The notes: generated from the letters alone by a model not told the origin. 64,000 bases of DNA from the human T2T-CHM13v2.0 reference genome, Homo sapiens (GCF_009914755.1 NC_060946.1); one strand, 5' to 3'. Positions 34,410 to 53,618 are shown, counted from the first letter of the stretch. A program made the numbers and translations.

Positions 34410-37400
34410 ACTCTTCTCCAGTTTGTGAGAAGGTAAACTAGTACACACGCTACAGAAACCACTTGGAGGTTCCTCCAAACCTTAAAAGACTCCAACTACC
34501 ATTTCAACCAGCAATTCTACTAGGAATACGCTCAAAGCCATTGAAATCAGGACACCAAAGATAGATCTACCCACCCATGGGGATTCCAGCACTGTTCCCA
34601 AGAGCCAGTATAAGCAATCAACCTACCTGCTTATCCACAGATGAAGGGATAAAGAAGCTGCTCCACAGGTACATACTGGGATACTCTTCAGACAGAAAAC
34701 CACAATGAAATCATATCGTGGGGAACCACACGGTTGCACCTGGAGGACATGATGGTAAATTAAATGAGCAAGGGGGGAGAGACAAACCTTGAGTCATCTC
34801 ACTCATGCAGAATCTGAGAAACTCTATCTCAAAGACCTGGCGACCACAATATTGGTTTCCAGAGATTGGGGGAAAAGAGGGGTAATGGGCAGGAACTGTA
34901 AATGGGTACAAAGTTACACATAAATGAGAGGAAGAAAATTCTGTTGTGCTATTCCACTGCAGGGTGACCACAGTTAACAGTATCAGCACATCACTTTCAA
35001 AGCAGCTTGATAGGAGAATACTGAAGGTTCTCACCATAAAGGAATAAACAATGGGAAAAGGTAACAGAAACACTAAGTACCCTGACTTCATCATTCCACA
35101 ATGTATGCATGGACCATAACGCCCCACTCTACCCTCTCATTGTACTGTTCCTTTACTATGGAACACATTTGTCGAAAGAAATAGAAATACACGATGCTAA
35201 TATTCACGTGGGACCATGAAGCGAACTGAGTTTCATCCTCAGCAATCCTGAGACATCCAGACTACATCGGATACATCACTCCCTGATTTCAAATTTCATG
35301 GAAAAGCTAGGGATCCGCTTCCACACACAGCAGTGGAACACAAGAGAGGACCAAGAAGTAAAACCACACACTGAAAACCATCTGATCTAACACAGAATCC
35401 ACAAAAGTAAGCAAAGGGAAAAGGACACCCTATTCAATCAATGGTGCTGAAGTAAGTGGCTATCAATGGTGCAGAAGAATAACACTGGGCCCTCCCTCTC
35501 ACCAGACACAAAGAGGAAATCAAGATGAATGAAAGATTTAAACGTAAAAACTCAAACTATTAAAATCTTATGAGAAAACTTGTGAAATATCCTTCTCCAC
35601 ATAGGCTTTGGCAAAGCATTTAGATGGCTAAGTCCTGAAGAGCAAAGGCAACAAAAACAAAAATTGACAAGTCAGACCTAACACCTGAAAGAGCTGCTGC
35701 ACAAAAGAGACTACCAACAGAGTAAACAGACGGCGTACAGAATGGAACATGTTCCCAAACTGTGCATCTGACCAACGTCTAATATGCAGAATCTACAAGG
35801 CCCTTCAACAAGTCAACCAGGGGAATAAACAGAAAAAGAATATCCCATTAATAAACGGGCAAGGGATGTGAACACACACTGCTCAAAAGTCGATGTACAA
35901 GCAACCAACAAATAGGAAAACGTGCTCAAACTCACTCATTATCAGAGAGCTGCCAATCAAAAGCATGACGAGATGCCATTCCACGCAGGTCACAATGGTG
36001 AGGACCACGCAGGCAAAGAACACATGCTGGTGAGGCAGCCGAGGAAAGGAAACGCTGGTACACTTCCGGGTGGGATGAAAGCTAGTACAGACACCACCGA
36101 AAGCAGATCGGGGATGTCTCAAAGAGCTGAAAACAGAACTACCATCTCACCCAGTAAGCCCACTCCTGTGCATCTACCCAAAGGAAAATTAATCCTTGTA
36201 TCCAAAAGACACAGGCACTCGTATGTTCACAGCAGTGTTACTCACAATGTCAAAGACATGGAATCCACCTAGCCATCAACAGTGGATGAGAGGCCGGCAC
36301 AGTGGCTCACACCTGTAATTCTAGCGCTTTGGCAGGCCGAGGCAGGTGGATGGCTTAAGTCCGGAATTCGAGACCAGCCTGGGAAAAATGGTGAAATCCC
36401 ATCTCTACAATAATACAAAAATTAGCTGGATGTGGTGGTGGGCACCTGTATTCCTATCTAATCAGGAGGCTGAGGTGGGAGGATCACCTGAGCCCGGAAC
36501 ATGGAAACTGCAGGCCACTGTCATAAGTGAACTAAGGCCCAAATAGAAAACCAAATGCCACATGTTCTCACTTATAAGTGGCATTCAGAGCTAAACTTTG
36601 AATGGACTCAAACATAAAGAAGAGAACAACAGACACCTGGAATGACCACCAGACCAATAAAAAAACAGGGGAGAGGAAGAGTGTGCTGCAGACCCACCCT
36701 GTGGGCCCTCTGCTCACTGCCTGGGTTATGTGGTTGTTGGGACCCCAAGTCTCAGTGTCATGCAATAAACAGATGTAACTAACTTGCATATGTACCTTTT
36801 AAACTCTAATAATGAGAGTAGAAAGCATTAAAAGAAAAATCCAAGGTTAGAACCCAAGAAAATAATAAATGAAAAAACAATCTGTAGTTATCCAAACAAT
36901 CCATGACTGTCACAAACACAGAACGAGGACCTAAGTGACAGAATGAGGCAGCCAAATACTCTATCCAACATGATATGTAAGGAATACATTTTTCAAAACC
37001 CCAAAAAGATACAATGGGAAAGGAAGAGTCTGGTTCAATTGATTTTGAGAAAACTGAATATCCACAGGTAAAACACTGAAATAGGGCCCTTACGATGCAC
37101 GATACACAAAATCAACACAAAATGAATTAAAGACCTAAACTCAATCTTGAAACTGTAAAGGTCCTATAAGAAAATAGAGAGCGGGTGTATATTTTAGGAA
37201 ACCTGTATCTATGCAAACAGGCTGCAAAAGGTAAAAAAGCATCATAACACTAAAAAAAAAACACCCACAGACAATGCAAGGCATGGCTGTGCGTGTGTGT
37301 GCGTGTGTGCGTGCGTGCACACACGCATGTTTCTGTGTTTTGTGGAAGTGGGGTGTTAAACACAAAAATCACTGCTAACATATGCAACTATAACCATATG

Positions 37401-37771
37401 AGACTAGGGACACTTTGCAACTTCTACAGGGAAAAGAAAACAATGAAACAAACAAAAAAAGGCATCCTAAAGACTGAGAGAAACTCTAAAAAATCCTACC
37501 CCTGAAAGAGGTTGTTATCTACTACATACAGTAAACTAATATGACTAAGTGTAAAACAACAACAACAACAACAACAACAAATATCCAAGGTAAGAGGATC
37601 TAAATAGACCTGAGTGAAAAGGTGGCAGGAAATTGACTCACAGGTGACAGTTTCTCAATATCACTAATCCTCACAAAAATGTGAATCAAAACCATACTCG
37701 GTTACCATCTAATTCCACTTAGAATGAGTATTACAAAAGACAAAAATCAAAATTGTTGAAGGCAATGATCA

Positions 37772-38190
<419 letters not shown>

Positions 38191-38847
38191 AAGGTTAAAG
38201 TACAACTGCCACTCCAGCTAACAATCCCACCACTGGGTACATGTTTAGAGAAAATGAAATCCCTGTGTTATCTGCCTTTTCATGTGTCCTGAAGTACTAG
38301 TCACAATAGCCAAGATGTGGAATCAACCTACCTGTCTATCCACAGATGAAGGGATAAAGGAACCACAGTATATATACACAAGGAAACACACTTCAGCTCT
38401 AACACTTTGGGAAATCATGTCATCTGCAACCACTTGGAGAAATCTGGAAGACAATTAGGTGAAATGAAATGAGTCTGCTAGGGAGACCCACACTGCATGA
38501 CATCAGGCATATGGAATCCAAAACACATTGTCTCCTAGAAGCAGAACTTCCAATAGGGGTTACTACAGGCTGGGGAGAGCAGGGAGCCTGGGCAGGGATG
38601 GGTAACGGGTACAGAGTGATGCTCAGATACGAGGAATCCATTCTGGTGTTCTGTTACACAGCAGGGTGACTAGGTGACTAGGGTCAACAGAATCTACAAA
38701 AATTTTTCAAAATCAGCTGGAAAATACGGTTCTGAATATTCTCTCCACAGAGAAGTAACAATGATGGAAGGTCACAGAGATGCCAGATATGATGATTTGA
38801 TCATGATGCTACATATACATGTCAAAATGTCCCTTGCACTCTTACGG

Positions 38848-38897
38848 TTGTGTGTGTTTGTGTGTGTGTATATATATATACACATACACACACACAT
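38848..38897 (+). repeat. Compound (TG)n(TA)n(CA)n microsatellite
   Basis: Direct sequence. Confidence 0.85.
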
Positions 38898-40988
38898 ACT
38901 CTACAGAAACAAAACTGCCATCAAATGTTGGTAGTATTCATTCTAACTGCAGTGAGATGAAATCTTCAGTGTGATTTTCACTTACGCTTTTGTGTGAATC
39001 AGCGATGGTGAGAATCTTCTCTTCTACCTGTGCCTCCACCTCACGTCTTCAGGTCCTCCATCCAGTCCTAACAACAAATTAAAAACAAATTCACAATAAC
39101 TTAGCAAGTACCACTTATCATACACACACAAAAATCAAAAACACACTCAAGATTCCATCTCACTCTACATGCAATGGATGCTACAAGAAAAAAGTTGAAA
39201 CATTAAAGCACAAAAAAATCAAGGTGTGGATTTCCAGAGGAGGAACTTGTCTCCACAGTTGCTGGGAAACGGTGAACTAGTACGCACACTAAAGAAACCA
39301 CTTGGGTGTTCCTTGAAATCCTAAAACTTCAACTACCGTTTTCTCCAGCAATTCTATTCCTAGGTATATACACAGAGCACGTGATCAGGACATGGAAGAG
39401 ATTATCTGTCATCCCAGGTGGAATTCAGCCCTATGCCCAAAAGCCAAGATAAGAAATCAGCCTACCTGTCCATCCACAGATGAAGGGATGAAGAATCTCT
39501 AGTATACAGACACAATGGGATACTTTTGGGCCATCAAAATTCATGGAATCCTATCATTTCCAGCAACATGGCTACACCTGGAGATACTATGTTCAATCAA
39601 ATCAGAAAGGCAGACTAAGACCAAGCCTGCATGTTCTCACTCATGTAGGAGCTGAAAAATTTAACTGACTGAAGGTGGAAATACAGCAGTGGTCACCACA
39701 GGCTAGCTGGAGGAGAGGATATCAAGGATTGGCAATAGGTACACAATAGGTACACAGAGAGTTACAGGAGAGGAATACATTCTGGTATTCCACTCCAAAG
39801 CACGGCGACGATACTTAACAACATGATCATGCCATTTTCAAAACAGCTACCAAGGAGGATACTGAATGTTCACACATCGAGGATATAAAACCTATACGTG
39901 GTCACAAGCATGGGAAACTCCCTGATTTTATCCATACTCAAGGTATACAAACAAGTATCACAATGTCCCAATGCACCCCTAATTCTGGACATGAAGTATG
40001 AAACAAACGTTTTATGAAATGTTAACGATACATGGCTAAAAATTCACATGGAACCACCAAAGACCCAAAGAACCTGAATATGCAAAGCAATCCTAGGGAA
40101 TACAAACTCAATTGGAGGCCGCACAATCCCCAGTTTCAAATTACAAGTAAAACCTCCACTCATCCAAAGACTACAGTAGTGGCATAAAAATGAATCCACG
40201 AACCTAGGGACGTAAGAGAACCTAAACACACACCTGTACGCAGTCAACACATTTTTTTCAAAGAACACCTAGAAGATGCAATGAGGCCGGGTGCTGTGGC
40301 TCACACCTGTACTCCCAGTGCTTTCGGAGACCAAGTCGGGTGGATCACTTGAGGTCAGGAGTTTCAGACCAGCTTTGCCAAAATCGTGAAATCCTATCTC
40401 TAGTAAAAATACATGCAAAACCAGGTAACCCAGCCAAAGTTGGGCAATGAACCCGAAGAGACATTTCTCAAAAGTCCCAGCTACTCGGGAAGCTGAGGTG
40501 GGAGAATCACCTGAGCCCCGGGAGGTCAAGGATGTAGTGAGCTGAGATTGCACCACTGCCCTCCAGCTTGAGCAACCAGAGCCAGACACTATCTCAAAAA
40601 AAAGGAAAAAAGGAGAAAGAAATAAACTACACAGAGAAAGACAAACATCACATTTTCTCACTCAGGAGGAATCCACAAAACTTTATTTCATAGAACTAGT
40701 AAGCATAACTGTTCTTACCACGGGTGGGGGTTGAAAGGTGGGGCATAGTCAGAGATTGGAAACGGCATAAAGTTACATACTCCGTGAGAGGAATGAAACC
40801 TGTAGTTCTATTCCACAGCAGCAGGGTGACTAGGTCTAACATTATCAGAGCGTACTTTTCAAGAAAGCTAGAAAAAGAGGATACTGAATGTCTTCACCTC
40901 AAAGGAATAATAACTCTATGAGGCAAGAGAGATGCTAAATACCCTGATTTCATCATTACACAATGTACGCATGGACCAAAGTGTCTCA

Positions 40989-41249
<261 letters not shown>

Positions 41250-41631
41250 TTACTTGAACCTGGGAGGCGGAGGTTTCAGTGAGCCAAGATCGTACCACTG
41301 CACCACTCCATCCTGGGTGACAGCACAAGACTCTGTCTCAAAAAAACAAAAAACAAACATAAAAAAAAACGTGTATTTGGCCAGGGGCAGTGGTCATACT
41401 TGTAATCCCAACACACCACCACAGGGAGGCTGAAGAGGGAGGATCACTTCAGCCCAGTAGTTCAAGACCAGCCTGGGTAACATAGAGAAACCACATCTTC
41501 CCTAAAAAATAACAAAAATTAGCTGGGCGTGGTGGTGTGTGCCTGCAGTCCCATCAGCCCCAAGTACTTGGGAGGCTGAAGTGGGAGGATTGCTTGAGCC
41601 AGGAGTTTGGGGCGGCAACGAGCTACGATCT

Positions 41632-42190
41632 TGACGCAGGGTAGGTAGTCAAGGAAGTGACCGTGTCCTTCGGACGTGCCAACCACGGCGCTGAGACATC
41701 TGATGTGTGAACAAGCATGTACAGCTACAGCCCATGTGCACCCAGAGGATGACCCAGAACGTGCTTAGAGTAACACCTCTTCCAACTCCTTAGGAATTCA
41801 TCATGGAAGACTCCCAGAAAGGGAGTTTCCCCAGTAATAATCAGCGCTCTCTCATCCTTAGGAGCAGACTGCCCTGAATCCTCTCTCAGGGTGAACCGTG
41901 TATTTTGGACTTCACGATCTTTTTTTAGATGGGGTCTCGCTCTGTCACCCAGGCTGTCTCAGCCTCCCGAGTACCTGGGATTATATAATGGAGTGTTGCA
42001 ATCTCAGCTCACTGCAACCTCCACCTCCCAGGTTCAAGCAGTTCTCCCATCTCAACCTCCCTAGTAGCTGGGATTACAGGCATAAGCCACTGCACCCAGG
42101 CTATTCTGCACTTAACTTGCAAAATACTTTTCCCTTTACAATAAATTGCTCTATGCTGCATCACCTTTGCTGTGTGATTTCTTATTTAAA
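41632..42190 (+). mobile_element. ERV1 solo LTR (LTR15-like) with an internal Alu fragment
   Basis: Starts tgacgcagggtaggtagtcaaggaagtgacc; aataaa near 3' end; subfamily from memory. Confidence 0.55.
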
Positions 42191-42210
42191 TTCTTTTTTA
42201 TTTATTTTAA

Positions 42211-42492
<282 letters not shown>

Positions 42493-43399
42493 TAAAGACA
42501 GGGTATTCCAGCCATGTGCGGTGGCTCACAGCTGTAATCCTTGCACTTTGGGAGGCCGAGGCGGGTGAATCATTTGAGGTCAGGAGTTCAAGACCAACCA
42601 GGCCAATATGGTGAAACCCCATCTCTGCTAAAAAAAAATACAAAAATTAGCTAGATGTGGTGGAAGGTGCCTGTAATCCCAGCTACTCGGGAGGCTGAGG
42701 CAGGAGAATCACTTGAACTCGGGAGGTGGAGGTTGCAGTGAGCCCAAGATTGCACCAGTGCCCTCCAGTCTGGGCTCCTACAGAGTGAGACTCTAGCTTA
42801 AAAACAAATAAAAATAAAAAAGACAGGGTCTCCCTCTGTTGCCCAGACCAGAGTGCAGTGGCGTGGTCACAGCTCACTGCACCCTTGACCTCCCAGGCTC
42901 AACAGATTCTCCTGCCTCAGCAGCTGGGACTACTGGCATGCATCACCATGCCTGGCGGTTTTTAATTTTTTGTGGTGATGGTCTCGCTATGTTGCCCAGG
43001 CTGGTCTTAAACTCCTGGCCTAAAGTGATCCTCCTACCAAGTCCTCCTTACAAAGAGCTGGGATGACAGGCGTTAGCCACCGCACCCGGCCCCTCGAAGC
43101 TGCCTGTTCCTTGAGCACAATGTGTAGCAAGGGGAGCTAGAGTGAGAGCAGCACCGTGGGGAAGGGACAGGATTGCCACCCTGAGCTGTGTGACGTTAGG
43201 CCAGACCCCTCTTCTCCAAGCGAGATCTACCACATGGGTGATTTCGGGAGCCCACGCCGGCTCAGACAGCCTGGATTTTAGCTTCATAGGTGGATGGGAA
43301 CCTATGAAGGTTTAGAGATGCTGGGAGAGCTTTCCAAACAGAGAACAAACAGAGCCACCCTGGGCCCCACTGAGGGAGGATCTTACCAGAAGCCCTCAC

Positions 43400-43542
43400 C
43401 ACTGTCTCGCTTCACGCCGGTGGTGACGGTGACGTCATCGATGTAGGTGGGGGGTGTCGTGTATAGAAGCAGAGACCACAGCAGTCCTGCGTAGCTGAAG
43501 AAGTCAAAGTCTGTGTTCTGGACAAAGTAACCCTTGGGATAC
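43400..43542 (-). pseudogene. GUSBP11: GUSB exon 4 homolog
   Basis: [39 protein letters not shown]; AG/GT intact, 143 nt. Confidence 0.93.
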
Positions 43543-43718
43543 CTAGGGCGGGAGAATTGTGGTTCGCTGGGCCCTTGCCATGGGTCTTTTGACCTCAGCT
43601 CACATGCCTCCCCAGATCCAGGGCCTCCTCTCTGCGAAGGCCACCCTGTCCCTGGCAGGAAGACCACAGGGTGGGGCGGGAAGGTGGGTGCGTGCAGTGG
43701 AGGCAGGATGGTCCCCAC

Positions 43719-43901
43719 TTGGAGGTGTCGGTCATGTACAGATGGTCCCTGGTGGCAGGGTTGGGGGGTGAGCGTGTTGTTGATGGCGATAGTGATGCAG
43801 AGGTGGGAGGGCAGGGGCTCCACCTGGAACAGGCTGCTGATGTCGGCCTCAAAGGGGAGGTAGCCCCCTTCATGCTCTACCGTGTCGACCCCATTTACCC
43901 A
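43719..43901 (-). pseudogene. GUSBP11: GUSB exon 3 homolog (frameshifted)
   Basis: [22 protein letters not shown]...[11 protein letters not shown] then frameshift; 183 nt versus 185 nt in GUSB. Confidence 0.92.
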
Positions 43902-44208
43902 CTGCAGACATAGGAGATATGGGGAGGGGGTGGCAGGTCAGGGCATGAGGAGGGGCACTGCTATCAGGCACTCCCTCACATAACCTGCAGTATGGGGATC
44001 GGGGGCCTGCCAGCCAGACGGGAAGAATGACATCCCAATGGGGTACATCAGGCCACCTATCCCTCTACACAGGGCACAGCCTCCAGGGCAGGGCAAGGAC
44101 CCCCACCGTCCCACCCCAGAAGACAGGCTATGGGTGGTAGCTGAGGGTCCCATGCTGTTCAGCAGCTGTGCCCACCCACCCGCCCTGCCTGCTCCTGGCC
44201 TCACTGAC

Positions 44209-44394
44209 CACGATGGCATAGAAGTGGGCACTGCCAATCCTCAGCACCACTCTTGTGCACAGGTCCTGGATCCATCGCTCCAGCAGGGTCACCTCCCGTT
44301 CATACCACAACCAGCTGACAAAATGCCGCAGCCGCCAGCCCTGGCCGATGTCGTTGAAGCTGGAGGGAACCGGCATGTCCACGGTGGGGCCTGA
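44209..44394 (-). pseudogene. GUSBP11: GUSB exon 2 homolog
   Basis: [35 protein letters not shown]...[11 protein letters not shown]; AG/GT intact, 186 nt. Confidence 0.93.
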
Positions 44395-44847
44395 CTGCGA
44401 AGAGAAGGGCTGGGCTCAGCTCCTAGGCCCCCCAAAGGGATCCAGGACCAGTGTACTGCACAGCCACGCCCCCAGGCCTAGCGCAAACACTGACACACGG
44501 TGGGGACTCCTGGTGGAACAGACAGATAACTTGCTGATGACAGGTCAACTGCCAGGGCGGTTTGTACACCTGGGCCAGTGGGGCCAGGAGTTCCTCCTTG
44601 GAGCGGATGGAACCCAGTATCTCCCAAGACAGGGGTGAGCCCAGGGGCACATCCCAGCACGAGGCAAGAAGGTTCAGACCTGTGACTAAGAGGCAGATGG
44701 CCCACTGCCTGTCACAGGGAGGAAGGCTGGTTAGGGGGATGGGGGGTGCTTTGCTTAGGACACTGTGAGTGGGGCACACGCTGGCACCCAGCCTTCTCCT
44801 CTCTTTCTCCTGTACTGAATGCCGTAAAGTCAGAAAAAGAGGATGTA

Positions 44848-45150
44848 GGCTGGGTGCGGTGGTTCACACCTGTAATCCCAGCACTTCGGGAGGCAGAGGC
44901 AGGCAGATCACAAGGTCAGGAGTTCGAGACCAGCCTGGCCAATATGGTGAAACCCCATCTCTACTAAAAATACAAAAATTAGCTGGGTGTGGTGGGCCTG
45001 TAGTCCCAGCTACTCAGCAGGCTGAGGCAGGAGAATCACTTGAACCCGGAAGGGTGCACTGAGCCAAGATCGTGCCATTGCACTCCAGCCTGGGTAGCAG
45101 AGAGAGACTCCGTCTCAACAAAAAAAAAAAAAAGAAAGAAAAAAAGAAAA
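44848..45150 (+). mobile_element. Alu in GUSBP11 intron 1
   Basis: TSD-like aaaaagaggatgta on both sides. Confidence 0.9.
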
Positions 45151-45513
45151 AGAGGATGTACACCAGGCAAACGCGGCCCAAACCTCATCGGATCCCACTT
45201 CTCTGCTGACCACATCCAAGTCAGGAGGGGAAGAGGGGTGGCGTCCTTGGCCTGAGGTCACATTCTGTCCTCTATCTGAACCGTGAAAACCAAGGTACCT
45301 TCCCACCTTGGCAGAGCTGACCTCAAAATATCTAAACTGTCGCCTCCTCCCGATCCCCGGGCCCAGCTCTGGGCAGCGCCTGCCTCTCAGGCCTGACGAG
45401 TGCCTGGGTGGCTCATGCCTGTAATCAGCACTTCAAGAGGTTAATGTGGGAGGATGGCTTGAGGCCAGGAGTTCGAGACGAGCCTGGGTAACTTAGCGAG
45501 ACCTATATCTTAA

Positions 45514-45861
<348 letters not shown>

Positions 45862-46029
45862 TAGCCAGGCATGGTGGTCCCAGGTAACTTGCAAGGCTGG
45901 GGCGGGAGAATCGCTTGAGCTCAGAAGTTAGGATTGCACCACTCCGCTCCCACCTGGGCAGCAGGGCCAAACCCGGTCTCAAAAGCATTTCAAAAATTAA
46001 AATTAAACATTAGAAAGAAGGACACTGCC

Positions 46030-46700
46030 CGGGCTCAGCCTTCGCCTAGGAACGGGACTCGACAGGAGCGCTTCTTCCTCCTCCCGCCTCCACCGCTCCG
46101 GCCCTCGCGGGTCCCCCAGGTACTCCCGTTCTCCAATCCCGCGCCCCCAAGCCCGTTGACCTTTAACCTCCTCCGGGCCCCCAGCTCCGGGGCACTACGG
46201 TGAAGGAGGCTGCAGGGCGCCGGGGCTTACCCCATTCCCACCGCCGGGCTTCCGGGCGACTCCTGGCCCTGCCCCGAGTCCGCGCCTCCGACAGCGGTCG
46301 CCGGTACCTCTGCTCCTCGAAGCCCCGGCGTCGGTTGTCGGAGAAGTCGGCGCGGAAGCTTCAGAGGCCGTCCAGCTGCTTGCGCTGCCACGACGGGCTC
46401 TCTCGGGGATACAGCATCCCGTCCGGTAGCGCCAACGTGCAGCCATACAACAGCAGCCGGAGAGCCGCCCAGGCCACTGCCGCCCCCCAGGCGAGGCTTC
46501 CCCCTCCCCGTCTCGGCCGCAGTCTACGGGGATAAGAGCTGCGCGGGAGGAGCATTGCGGCAAGGTCGCGTGACGCGCCGGTAGCGTGACGCGACTTAGG
46601 TCGTCCGCGCCATCTTTGTTGAGGGCGATTGCCAGGCCTGGAGGGGCGGGGCGGCGCCTGTGGCTGGAACCCTGGGCTAGGCCTTTAGGGAAGCGGGACC
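46030..46700. promoter_or_regulatory. CpG island / retained GUSB-type promoter
   Basis: Dense CpG; GC box ggggcgggg 46643-46651; YY1-type cgccatctt 46608-46616; CLEAR/E-box-like gtcgcgtgac 46565-46574. Confidence 0.8.
46286..46626 (-). pseudogene. GUSBP11: GUSB exon 1 homolog (5'UTR plus 210-nt coding equivalent 46286-46495)
   Basis: [69 protein letters not shown]; donor position reads GC. Confidence 0.9.
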
Positions 46701-46976
46701 CCCACCCTCAGCCCCAACCAAGAAGGGCGTCGTCTGCTCCCCATCGTCGTCTGCTCTGTGCTGGATGATCCAGGGCCACAGGCCAGGACAGAACCCCTGA
46801 GATTGGTGGGATCCCCGTTTCTTCAAGGGGCACCTCCACTTGCTTTCCCCAGCAGGAACTAGAGCAGGCCCCAGTGGAGCCTCTTCCATGACTGCTGGAT
46901 GCAGCCTCTTGCAGGCATGCACGTCCTTGGGAGGCGGCGGTAGCCCTGACCCTGGGCCTCTGGGACCTCGACCCTA

Positions 46977-47496
<520 letters not shown>

Positions 47497-47599
47497 CTAT
47501 GGCTGGACATGAGAACCACTACATGATTTGTAAAAACCATGCAGCTTCCATAACATTTTCACCTAACATCCTCGACCAGTTACCGGTGGAAGGTATCCA

Positions 47600-48200
<601 letters not shown>

Positions 48201-48259
48201 CCTGATTCCTTAGCTTGGGGCTCCGAACACACATTCTTCTTAGACCATAAAGTCATTCT

Positions 48260-48568
48260 TCTTTTTTTTTTTTAATTTTATTTTTTTGAGAAGGAGTCTT
48301 GCTCTTTCGCCCAGGCGGCACTGCAGTGGCACTATCTCGGCTCACTGCAAGCTCCGCCTCCCGGGTTCACACCATTCTCCTGCCTCAGCCTCCTGAGTAG
48401 CTGGGATTACAGGCGCCCGCCACCGCGCCCGGCTAATTTTTTGTATTTTTAGTAGAGACGGGGTTTCACCGTGTTAGCCAAGATGGTATCGATCTCCTGA
48501 GCTCGTGATCCGCCCGCCTCGGCCTCCCAAAGTGCTGGGATTACAGGCGTGAGCCACCGCGCCCGGCC
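48260..48568 (-). mobile_element. Young AluY with 17-bp target-site duplication
   Basis: CpG-rich AluY; TSD gaccataaagtcattct at 48243-48259 and 48569-48585. Confidence 0.93.
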
Positions 48569-48850
48569 GACCATAAAGTCATTCTAAGGGTACACATCAG
48601 TTATGGCTGTTGGGTGCCTCTGCCATACAGAGGGGTCCCTTTGGTCCTAGGAACCTGGACTGGACACAGTTGTTTGTACGATTACTCCCCCACCCCATTT
48701 TTTCATGCTCGCCAAATCCACCTTCTGAGAATGGACCTTAATACTGGAAGGATACCCCAGTATAGTGAAAATAAATACATTCTAGGAACTGACAAGGCCT
48801 AAAGGCTTTTTCCCAAATGTTTATGCTTGTTTTCTTATTTAGTTATTTAG

Positions 48851-49030
<180 letters not shown>

Positions 49031-49313
49031 TAGTAGAGACGGGGTTTCACTGTTAGCCAGGATGGTCTCGATCTCCTGACCTCGTGATCCACCCGCCTCT
49101 GCCTCCCAAGTGCTGGGATCACAGAAGTGAGCCACCATGCCCAGCCTATTTTCTTTCTTTAAAATTTTACTTGTATATTCCTTTAGTAAAATGCTTACAT
49201 GCTTAAATTAGGATATAGTTCACTGTTGATGAGGCAGCTTTAGGCCAAATTTAACAAAAGTAAGAAAAAGTAGGATGCCAAAGTTTATACAGTATGTAAA
49301 AATCAGTAATTCA

Positions 49314-49819
<506 letters not shown>

Positions 49820-50779
49820 TAGGCGTGTGCCACCTGGTTCAAGCAATTCTCCTGCATCAGCCTCCTGAGTAGCTGGGATTACAGGCGCCCACCACCACGC
49901 CCGGCTAATTTTTGTATTTTTAGTAAAGACAGGGTTTCACCATGTTAACCACGCTGGCCTTGAACTCCTGACTTCAGGTGATCCGCCCGCCTCGGCCTCC
50001 CAAAGTGCTGTGATTACAGGCATGAGCCATCGCGCCTGGTGAATTCAAATATTTTTTACGTTTACAGTTGGTTAAGAAAGCAAAGCTTTATCTAAAACCT
50101 TGGGGTCAGCAGAAGGGATGTTAAGTTTTCACCTGTGAGTCTGATTCCCTCCAAGCCCCTCAGGAAGAAATTTAGAACAAAGAACTCCAATCAGAGTTCA
50201 GCCCTTGGTTCACCCTTATCTGAGGTCAACGTGAAAGCTGTCGCCATTTTTCATCTGGTTGAGGTCTGCGCTTCTGAAAAACAACTTAGGGACATTTGTC
50301 AAGATGTTATCTTTACTTTCTATAGGGGATCAAATATCTTGTGGCTCTAACCGACTTGGGTGGCTGTTGTTCTGAGCTATTATTACTTTTTCTTGTTTTT
50401 TGTTTTTTGTTTTTTTTTTTGAGACGGAGTCTTGCTCTGTTGCCCAGACTGGAGAGCAATGGCCCAATCTAAGCCCACTGCACCCTCCGCCTCCCAGGTT
50501 CAAGCAATCCTCCTGCCTCAGCCTCCCGCGTAGCTGGGATTACAGGCATCCGTCACCACACCCAGCTAATTTTTGTATTTTTAGTAGAGATGGGGTTTCA
50601 TCACATTAGCCAGGCTGATCTCGAACTCCTGACCTCAGTTGATCTATCTGTCTCGACCTCCCAAAGTGCTGGGATTACAGGTGTGAGGCACTGAACCCAG
50701 CCAATTATTACCTTCTTCTCATCAAGTTGCTAATTTACTTCTCAAGATAGCTAGGTGCCCGGAATTTCCCTCGAAGGGT

Positions 50780-51615
<836 letters not shown>

Positions 51616-51699
51616 GAAAAGAAAATAAATCTTGGGACCCCTCCTACCCTGACAAGTCACTAAGCCAAAGGGAAAAGTCAAGCTGAGAGCTGCATCAGG

Positions 51700-53260
<1,561 letters not shown>

Positions 53261-53339
53261 GATACCTTCCACCGATATCAAAGCTGCCTCATATTTTATT
53301 CCTAAATAAGATAGCAACAAAGATTTTTTTAAAAAGCTA

Positions 53340-53618
<279 letters not shown>

